Shown piece by piece: positions 1-6,095 of a stretch of DNA of 21,217 nucleotides (position 1 is its first letter; every line of letters starts with the position of its first letter). The position numbers and the translations under genes are program-made. A model generated the notes under the pieces. The model did no database searches and was not told where the DNA came from. It was given only the letters and a program-made list of their open reading frames with translations. The stretch is from Myxococcota bacterium (lineage in GTDB: Bacteria; Myxococcota_A; UBA796; CAJQPC01), in contig DASCPX010000178.1 in NCBI GenBank assembly GCA_036012755.1, positions 1-21,217 on the forward strand, written 5' to 3'.

Positions 1-84
1 GGAGAGCTCCTCCGGTGAGCGGCCCTTTCGGGCCAGCTCAACCAGGCGCTGCCGGTATTCGAGGGGGTACACGACTCGGGGCAT
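1..84 (-). CDS. IS3-family transposase OrfA, N-terminal fragment (partial)
   Basis: ATG at 84 with SD AGGAGG (92-97). Translates MPRVVYPLEYRQRLVELARKGRSPEELS, matching the YPxEFRxxxVELxRxGRSxxEL pattern of IS3 OrfA HTH proteins. Not in the ORF track. Confidence 0.85.
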   Translation of the reverse strand, partial: MPRVVYPLEYRQRLVELARKGRSPEELS

Positions 85-85
85 G

Positions 86-117
86 GGACATCCTCCTTCG
101 GACGTTCGGGGATGTCC
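86..117 (-). promoter_or_regulatory. inverted repeat overlapping the orfA ribosome-binding region
   Basis: GGACATCC (86-93) and GGATGTCC (110-117) form a perfect 8-bp inverted repeat. One arm covers the end of the SD and the SD-ATG spacer. Confidence 0.6.
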
Positions 118-137
118 ACGAAACCGGGGTCACTCCA
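113..137 (-). repeat. putative left terminal inverted repeat (IRL) of the IS3 element
   Basis: TG-initiated 25-nt segment directly upstream of the orfA SD. The partner IRR is outside the window. Confidence 0.7.
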
Positions 138-341
138 ATCGCTGGGCGCTGAACGGAAGCTCGCGGTGGGGTGGGACATGCGTCTCAGTGAAGTTGGCCC
201 TCACGGGGCGTGCGCGATGTCCTCGCCGCAAGAGTACCCCCCCCCCCACCACGGCCGCCAAGCGGTGTTGCTTGCATTAAGTGCTTTATATTGTTGGACA
301 CTGCCATGCTCGCGGGGTGCCTGAATCGACGCATCTGCCAC

Positions 342-371
342 CACAGCCGGTTCGCCTACGAACCGGCTGTG
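342..371. repeat. perfect 13-bp hairpin (REP-like or terminator-like palindrome)
   Basis: CACAGCCGGTTCG-CCTA-CGAACCGGCTGTG. No U-tract on either strand. Confidence 0.7.
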
Positions 372-385
372 CTCTGCCCTGTCAC

Positions 386-703
386 ATGCCAGTCATAGAA
401 GACGGGGCGGCCTCCCGTCGCTACGTCGACGACAAAGCAGCCTGCAAATCTACCGCCCTCGGCGTGGACCTTGCAGATAGGCGCGGGCCTCGGATGGGGT
501 AGGTAGGACGCTGGTCGCATCGCCGGCTGACGTTCATGACGGGCTGTGACTTGACGGAGCGGGAGATCCGTCGCCGCGGCTTCGAGGTGCTCGAGAAGCC
601 GATCCTCCCCTCGGCCCTATCGGCGCTGACCCGGCGCTGGGACGACGCTTGCGGCGTTGTCCGCCTCCATCGGGCTCCCGAGCTGCGTGCCTGCGTCGGA
701 TGA
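386..703 (+). pseudogene. degenerate response-regulator receiver (REC) domain gene
   Basis: One frame reads ...RYVDDK...GVDLAD...*(TAG 500-502)...RLTFMTG...FEVLEKP..., giving REC-like VDD, FMTG and KP motifs. It has an in-frame stop and no recognisable phospho-Asp strand. Confidence 0.55.
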
Positions 704-715
704 GCTCGTGGATGC

Positions 716-1102
716 CTACGAGACCTGGCCTTGCTGGAAGCCGTCTTCCAGCATCAGCCGGTTGGCCAGCTCCGGATCCTGCTGGTCCGCGGGGAGGGCG
801 AGGTAGTAGGGGAGCTCGACCGGCCGCTCGGTGAGGGCGATGGCGTTGGCCTCGCAGAGGCGGTCGATGACCGAGTCGATCGTGGCTGCGAGGTTCGGTG
901 GCGGGCTCGGGTACTGCCGACCGACGAAGTCGATCAGCTCCTGGACGGTGTGGGACCCGTCCGCGAGCAGGAGGATCCTGCCCAGCCAGGGCTCCAGCGA
1001 CTGGGTCGTCGAGGCGTCGTGCATGTCGACGAGCAGCACCCGGTCGTCCCGTTTCGTGTAGACGACGGTCCGGGCGAAGAACTTGGAGCGCTTCGAGATC
1101 AT
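716..1102 (-). CDS. PqqD/RRE-like domain protein (128 aa)
   Basis: ATG at 1102, 2 nt after the upstream stop. Beta-rich N-terminus followed by ILLLADGSHTVQELIDFV...IDSVIDRLCEANAI, the typical PqqD winged-helix pattern. This is the real part of track ORF 716..2044. Confidence 0.7.
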   Translation of the reverse strand: MISKRSKFFARTVVYTKRDDRVLLVDMHDASTTQSLEPWLGRILLLADGSHTVQELIDFVGRQYPSPPPNLAATIDSVIDRLCEANAIALTERPVELPYYLALPADQQDPELANRLMLEDGFQQGQVS

Positions 1103-1104
1103 GG

Positions 1105-2067
1105 TCAGTCCATATCGCGGACCGGAAGCGGCTCCAGGATCGTGAGGAAGGGTGGGACCGGGTTCGAGCAGCGCAGGCAGCGGAGAGCCAGGATCCACGT
1201 CGTTGAGTCCCGGAAGCCCGAAAGCGGCGCTCCGCTGGCGTCCGTGGCGTCCTCGAGCGACGCGCTGCGGATCCCGTCGATGTCCAGGGTCCAGGTCTCG
1301 ATGGCCAGGGCCTCGAGCTCGAGGAAGCGGTCCTCCAGCTCGGCCGGGGTCTCGTCGTACCGGGCCACGGTGAGCTGATCGAGCGTCTCCAGCGCCAGCG
1401 CGTTGCCCCGCCCGTCTTGCTCGAGCCCCGACCAGTCCAATACCCAGGGACCCTCGGCCGCCACGGCCACCGGCACGAGCTCGGTGAGCACGGCGCTCAC
1501 GTCGAGCACGTCGCAGTCTCCGGCGAGGTCCACCGCCGTCGCCGTCTGGTCGGGAGCTGGGTCCAGGAAGGCGAGCCAGCGCGTGCCGAGGGTCAGCTCC
1601 AAGCCCGTGGCCAAGGTGAGGAGCCAGGTGTCTTCGGCCGTGTAGCGATCGACGATGCCCACGTCGGCCCCGTTGAAGCCGAAGTCCGACAGAGAAGCGG
1701 TCGTGGCATCTCCAGGCTCGTGGGTGACATAGCCGCCGAGGTCGGCCTGGAGCAGGGAGTCGTGGGCCAGGCCCTCCTCCACCTCCTCCGGTGAGAGCGC
1801 CGGGAAGCTCACGAGCAGGAGGTTGTCGATGTCCGCCGCCGGGTTCAGCTCGGCGCAGCGGAGGTCCTGCTCGAGCCCCGACCAGTCCAAGGCGAGGTCC
1901 TCTGCCTCGGCGGTGGGGTGTCGGGGCAGGTGCAGCGCCGCCGCGTAGCTGTAGTTGTTCTCGTCCGCGAGCTGGGCTTCCCCGGAGGTGCTCTCGCCAT
2001 CTCGTCCGCCGCAGCCCGCCAAGAGGCCAGTCAGCGTCAGCCACGTCGCGCCCTCACTCCCGCGCAT
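1105..2067 (-). CDS. lipoprotein of unknown function with two ~150-aa internal repeats
   Basis: Lipobox LLAGC at residue 19 from ATG 2067. LDWSGLEQD occurs twice, 150 aa apart. C-terminal CxxC, strong GC3 bias. Confidence 0.75.
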   Translation of the reverse strand: MRGSEGATWLTLTGLLAGCGGRDGESTSGEAQLADENNYSYAAALHLPRHPTAEAEDLALDWSGLEQDLRCAELNPAADIDNLLLVSFPALSPEEVEEGLAHDSLLQADLGGYVTHEPGDATTASLSDFGFNGADVGIVDRYTAEDTWLLTLATGLELTLGTRWLAFLDPAPDQTATAVDLAGDCDVLDVSAVLTELVPVAVAAEGPWVLDWSGLEQDGRGNALALETLDQLTVARYDETPAELEDRFLELEALAIETWTLDIDGIRSASLEDATDASGAPLSGFRDSTTWILALRCLRCSNPVPPFLTILEPLPVRDMD

Positions 2068-3421
2068 AGAGGTCGTCCACGACCTCGCCGTAGGCGATGC
2101 CATGTCCCATGAAGGAGTTGAGCTGCCAGGTCACGCTGCCGTCTCGCGTGAGGTGCTGCACCTCGCCCAGCATCGTCCAGGTCACGCGCACCTGGTCGTC
2201 CGGCAAGGCCGCGACGTCCCCCAGGACGAAGCTGTAGGCCTCGGGCTCACGGGCGTGGACCCAGGTGCGCTCGGCCGTCATGGTGTCCTCGTCCAGCCGG
2301 TACTCCTCGATGCGTGAGACCGGGTCTTCGTCCGTACCGTTCACGAAGACCAGGATGCCGTCGTCCGTGCGGTCCATCTGGTGTTGATTGTCGAAGCCAC
2401 CGTCTCCGACGAAGTCGAAGCTGTTCAGGGTGCCGGAGAGACCCCACACTGGCGCGCCCGTGGCCCGGTCGATCTTCGCGATCGAGTCGAAGAGGTAGAC
2501 GGAGAGGTAGTAGGCGTCCTCGTCGGGCACGTAGTCGATGGCGTTGACGTGGGTGAAGCCCTCTGTCTCGGGGTCGTCCTCCCACCAGTCCCAGACGTCG
2601 AAGACCGACCGGACCGTGCCGTCCGGCGCGACCTCCAGGATCTCGTCGCCGAAGACGTTGTCAGGCCAGTCGGGGTCGGGCGTGCCCGTGATGGCGCCGA
2701 TGCTGCCGTCGGGCAGCTCCACGAAGTCGTGCTCCAACAGCGGCCACGCGATGGGATCGAGTCGCGTGCCGTCCATGGCGATGCGGACCAGCTCGCTGGC
2801 CTCTGGCGGCACCGTGCCGTCTCCGGTGGCCCCTTCGGCGTTGTAGGCCACGTAGCTCCGGTCTCGGCTCAAGATGGCCCGGGTCACGCCGAAGCCCCGG
2901 TCTTCGATGTCGTACCAGACGATGCGGCCCAGCGCGTCGACGATGACGACGGAGCGGGACTGCCCCCAGACGGCAAAGACCTGGTACCCGGACCAGGACT
3001 CCGGGTCCCCAGAGATCGTGAAGCTCGGAAGCCCAGCGGGCAGCGGCCCCGTGCGCAGGAGATCCACCTCGCCCTCGGTCGTGGCGCCGTCGCGTTCGGT
3101 CGTCACCCGAAACCAGGTCTCCATGTAGGCAGGGAGCCCCAACAGCAGCACCTCGTGGTGCAGGCACTCGGCTGTCGTGTTGGTGCGGCGATCGAGCGCC
3201 TCTGTCTCCCCGAAGTCCACCCACCCACGGGTTGGCTCTGGGGTGGTCCAGCGCACGCGAACGACCGTGGCGACCTCCGCGACCTCCCACTCCACGTCTT
3301 CGGCCGCTGGTGGCGCGCCTGGATCCGTCTCCGCTGGATCTGCCTGGCAGCCGAGGAGCGCGGCGCACCCGGACGCGAGGAACACGAGGAACACGAGGAA
3401 CGCGGCGTGGTTCGATGGCAC
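2054..3421 (-). CDS. aryl-sulfate sulfotransferase (ASST)-like beta-propeller lipoprotein with N-terminal Ig/FN3-like domain
   Basis: Motifs EHDFVELPDG, THVNAIDY, NQHQ and DALGRIVWY are typical of the arylsulfotransferase family. Signal peptide ends LASGC (a second LLGC follows). Confidence 0.8.
   Translation of the reverse strand: MPSNHAAFLVFLVFLASGCAALLGCQADPAETDPGAPPAAEDVEWEVAEVATVVRVRWTTPEPTRGWVDFGETEALDRRTNTTAECLHHEVLLLGLPAYMETWFRVTTERDGATTEGEVDLLRTGPLPAGLPSFTISGDPESWSGYQVFAVWGQSRSVVIVDALGRIVWYDIEDRGFGVTRAILSRDRSYVAYNAEGATGDGTVPPEASELVRIAMDGTRLDPIAWPLLEHDFVELPDGSIGAITGTPDPDWPDNVFGDEILEVAPDGTVRSVFDVWDWWEDDPETEGFTHVNAIDYVPDEDAYYLSVYLFDSIAKIDRATGAPVWGLSGTLNSFDFVGDGGFDNQHQMDRTDDGILVFVNGTDEDPVSRIEEYRLDEDTMTAERTWVHAREPEAYSFVLGDVAALPDDQVRVTWTMLGEVQHLTRDGSVTWQLNSFMGHGIAYGEVVDDLYARE
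3376..3401. repeat. 9-bp tandem repeat (CGAGGAACA x ~3) in the ASST signal peptide
   Basis: Encodes FLV-FLV-FLA on the minus strand. Confidence 0.85.
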
Positions 3422-3476
3422 GTGCGGAGTTTAGCTCCCGTCCGACCGACCGAGCGCACCGTGGCATCGTACGCAC
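3422..3476. promoter_or_regulatory. divergent promoter region with -10-like hexamers 6 nt before both GTG starts
   Basis: Minus strand: TAAACT (3433-3428)-N6-GTG 3421. Plus strand: TGG-CATCGT (3465-3470)-N6-GTG 3477. Confidence 0.5.
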
Positions 3477-4550
3477 GTGCTCCTCCTCGTCATCCTCAGC
3501 TGCGGCCGCGTCGGCGAGGCTCCGGACGTGCTCTGCCCCGACGGCTGGCGTCGTCCGCCCGGGGAGTGCCCGGAGCCCGAGCCCGTCGACAGCGAGGACT
3601 CCGCCGAGCCCTGCGAGATCGGGATCCTGAGGCTGGACCCGGATGAAGGAGAGGAGCACTACCGGCGCTCGCCGGTCCGCGCGATCCTGGATGGGGAGCC
3701 GGACGCCGCGCAGATCCGCGTCGAGGGCGCAGAGGGAGAGAGCGTTCGCGATGGCCCCAGGGTCACCTGGACGCCGAGCGAGCCGCTGGAGTTCGACACG
3801 AGCTTCGATGCCGTGGTCGAGCACACCTGCGGCAAGCACGAGTGGAGCTTCCGCACCGGCGCGCTCGGCGAGCCCCGCACCGAGGAGATCGTAGGCCGGA
3901 CCTACGTCTTCGACGCCGAGAGCGCGGAGGTGATCGTGCCCGAGGGGAGCGCGCTCGAGCCTTACCTCGACCGCTTCGTCTTCGTACAGGTCCTCGAGCA
4001 CGACGGCGAGTCCCTGACCCTGCTCATCGCCCATTCCGAGCTGGACGACGCGAGCCAGCAGTATCTCTGCAACCCGACGCTCCAGGTGGACGCGGACTTC
4101 GAGGACGATCCCTGGTTCCACGTGCCACGGCAGCGCGCAGGACTCGGACCGCTGATCTTCGAGGAGCTGGAGATCAGCGGCTCCTTCAGCGCCGACGCGT
4201 CCCAGCTCGGGGGTCTGGCGGTGGACGCCGTGGTGGACACTCGCGAGCTGGCCTTCCTCGTGGGCGAAGAGGAGGGACAAGACGCGATCTGCAAGCTCGT
4301 CGCTGGCGGCGGGATCGAGTGCATGGCCTGCTCCGACGGCGAGGAGCTCTGCATGGAGTTGGTCACCGAGGGCGGCTCCGCGAGCGCCGTGGAGCTGGAT
4401 CTGTTCCCCATCGAGACCTGTGACGACAGCTGCACCGAGCAGGAGTGCGATGGCTGCGGCTGCTCCTCGAAGCGGCGAGGCGGTGCGTGGCTCCTCGGCC
4501 TGCTTTCCGTGCTGCTGCTGGGCCGCCGCGTGGCAGACTCCGCGCCATGA
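3477..4550 (+). CDS. lipoprotein with Ig-like domain, Cys-rich linker and C-terminal MYXO-CTERM-like sorting signal
   Basis: Begins MLLLVILSC. VTWTPSEPLEFDTSF...WSFRTG resembles a bacterial Ig-like (Big_5-type) domain. The tail GCGCSS...AWLLGLLSVLLLGRR fits the GCxC-linker-TM-Arg pattern of MYXO-CTERM. Confidence 0.8.
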   Translation: MLLLVILSCGRVGEAPDVLCPDGWRRPPGECPEPEPVDSEDSAEPCEIGILRLDPDEGEEHYRRSPVRAILDGEPDAAQIRVEGAEGESVRDGPRVTWTPSEPLEFDTSFDAVVEHTCGKHEWSFRTGALGEPRTEEIVGRTYVFDAESAEVIVPEGSALEPYLDRFVFVQVLEHDGESLTLLIAHSELDDASQQYLCNPTLQVDADFEDDPWFHVPRQRAGLGPLIFEELEISGSFSADASQLGGLAVDAVVDTRELAFLVGEEEGQDAICKLVAGGGIECMACSDGEELCMELVTEGGSASAVELDLFPIETCDDSCTEQECDGCGCSSKRRGGAWLLGLLSVLLLGRRVADSAP

Positions 4551-4846
4551 GACTCAGCCTCCTCGTCATCGCCGCTCTGTCCTTGACCGCCTGCGAGATG
4601 GAGGAGATCGGGACGGGCTCCGGCAGCATCAACGTCCGCAACGCCGACGACGGGACCGTCGACGTGCTCATCGCCGACTCGAAGGACTGCTTCGCCGGAC
4701 TCCGCGGCAGCGTGAACTCCAAGAGCACCCGGATGTTCTCTGTGGGGGAGCAGAGCTACCTCTGCGTCAACGAGACCAAGCCGGCGTTCCCGGTGAACAG
4801 CGGCGGGAGCTACGTCATCGAGGGCGGCGCGCTGCGCCCGGAGTAG
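4547..4846 (+). CDS. small lipoprotein (99 aa), unknown function
   Basis: ATGA overlap with the upstream stop. Canonical signal MRLSLLVIAALSLTAC. Confidence 0.8.
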   Translation: MRLSLLVIAALSLTACEMEEIGTGSGSINVRNADDGTVDVLIADSKDCFAGLRGSVNSKSTRMFSVGEQSYLCVNETKPAFPVNSGGSYVIEGGALRPE

Positions 4847-6086
4847 GCCTCCGGAGCACCAGGACGAAGAAGCGACCAGGCAGGGGGCCCGGCCCTTCGT
4901 CCCGAAGGCTGACGTCGACGAGCCCCTCTACGGCTTCTGGCAGTGGCACGGTCGCAGAGGTCCAGGCCCTCGCTGGCAGGTCGGGCCAGCGGGCCCTGAG
5001 AGCCGTCCAGCTTCCGCGGTGGAGCCAACGGGCAGACATCTCCAGGCCCAGGGCGTCGATGACGCGCTCCACGTCTGCCTCCACGCCGCAGTCCTCGGCC
5101 ACCGCCAGGCAGGCGGCGAAGTCGATGCTGACCTCTGGGTGGTCGAGCTGCTCGGTCTCCTCGGGATCGATGTCGAGGCCGCCGAACTCGGACAGCCACG
5201 CGACGCCCCCGGGTCGTAGGACCCGAGCGACCTCGCGGACGCAGGCGAAGGCCCCCACGTTGACGAGGCGGCCGTCGCGGCGCTGGGCGGGCAGATCGGC
5301 GAGGACCTCGTTGACGACGACGGCGTCGAAGTGGGACTGGGGGAAGGGCAGGGCGGTCGCGTCTCCGAGCACGCCCCGGCTCTGCGGAGCCATGGCGGCC
5401 TGGGCCTCGAGGAGGGCGGCGGAGCGATCGAGCCTCGTGTGCTCCCGAGCACGCAGGTCCCGGCTCACACTTCCGAGCCCGCCGCCGATCTCGAGCAGGC
5501 GCTCTCGAGGGCCCAGCCAGTCGCTCAGGGCCTGGCCCCAGGTTCGCCCCGAGAGCGCCGGGTGGGGATCGCTGAAGACATGGGCCAGGGTGGTCTCGGC
5601 TCGGTCGAAGCGGGTCTCGGCGTCGTCGATGCGCTCGTGGAAGTCCCCGAGCGAGGTCGCGCCCTCGGTCCACATCTCCGGAGAGCGAGCCCCGGGTGGC
5701 CGCGGCTCGGCGCAGCGCCGCCACAGGGATGGATCCCCCGCCCGCCAGCGCTGTGGTCGTAGCTGGACCGCCTGCAGGTCGTAGGAGGTCCACTCGGGTG
5801 GAATCCCGCCGAGTTCGCGGAGGGTGCGCCGCCCGTCGATGCGGCGCCAGAGCTCGATCTCCGCGCTCGAGACGGGCACCTCCCGGTAGGTGAAGCCTCC
5901 GGAGGTCAAAGTGGCCGGGACCCACAGAGAGCCCGACTCCGGCAAGAGCAGCACCAATCGGGAGCGGGCGGGGACCCAGTCCTCGTCTACCTCGGCGAAG
6001 GTCCTCTCGATCATCGGAGCGGGGGCGTCCGCGCGCACGAAGCGCCCGGTCTCCGGGTTGAAGAGCTTGCCATGCAGCCGCAGCAC
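4815..6086 (-). CDS. class I SAM-dependent methyltransferase with N-terminal RRE/PqqD-like segment
   Basis: Motif I LLEIGGGLG, GDATALPFPQSHFDAVV, EVARVLRPGG. N-terminal ELWRRIDGRRTLREL. Confidence 0.85.
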   Translation of the reverse strand: MLRLHGKLFNPETGRFVRADAPAPMIERTFAEVDEDWVPARSRLVLLLPESGSLWVPATLTSGGFTYREVPVSSAEIELWRRIDGRRTLRELGGIPPEWTSYDLQAVQLRPQRWRAGDPSLWRRCAEPRPPGARSPEMWTEGATSLGDFHERIDDAETRFDRAETTLAHVFSDPHPALSGRTWGQALSDWLGPRERLLEIGGGLGSVSRDLRAREHTRLDRSAALLEAQAAMAPQSRGVLGDATALPFPQSHFDAVVVNEVLADLPAQRRDGRLVNVGAFACVREVARVLRPGGVAWLSEFGGLDIDPEETEQLDHPEVSIDFAACLAVAEDCGVEADVERVIDALGLEMSARWLHRGSWTALRARWPDLPARAWTSATVPLPEAVEGLVDVSLRDEGPGPLPGRFFVLVLRRPTPGAARRPR

Positions 6087-6095
6087 GGCCCGATG

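Larger units (their letters stand above)
1..137 (-). mobile_element. IS3-family insertion sequence, left end (element continues beyond window start)
   Basis: Minus strand from 137 reads TGGAGTGACCCCGGTTTCGTGGACA, a 5'-TG terminus resembling IS3-family IRL. It is followed by AGGAGG and an OrfA-type ORF. Confidence 0.85.

Noticed and set aside
269..296. Chromosomal dif site or canonical sigma70 promoter
   Set aside because: TAA/TTA spacing is 5 rather than 6, the XerD-like arm is a poor match, and the -35/-10 candidate spacings (11-13 nt) are too short.
500..502. Pyrrolysine or stop read-through in the REC-like frame
   Set aside because: The flanking sequence is itself degenerate and lacks core REC elements, so pseudogenisation is simpler.
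716..2044. 442-aa ORF
   Set aside because: The first ~314 residues are an off-frame shadow of the lipoprotein gene. The real gene starts at 1102.
4815..4846. Convergent 3' overlaps (also 15462-15485) as antisense regulation
   Set aside because: Short tail-to-tail overlaps are common in compact high-GC genomes.
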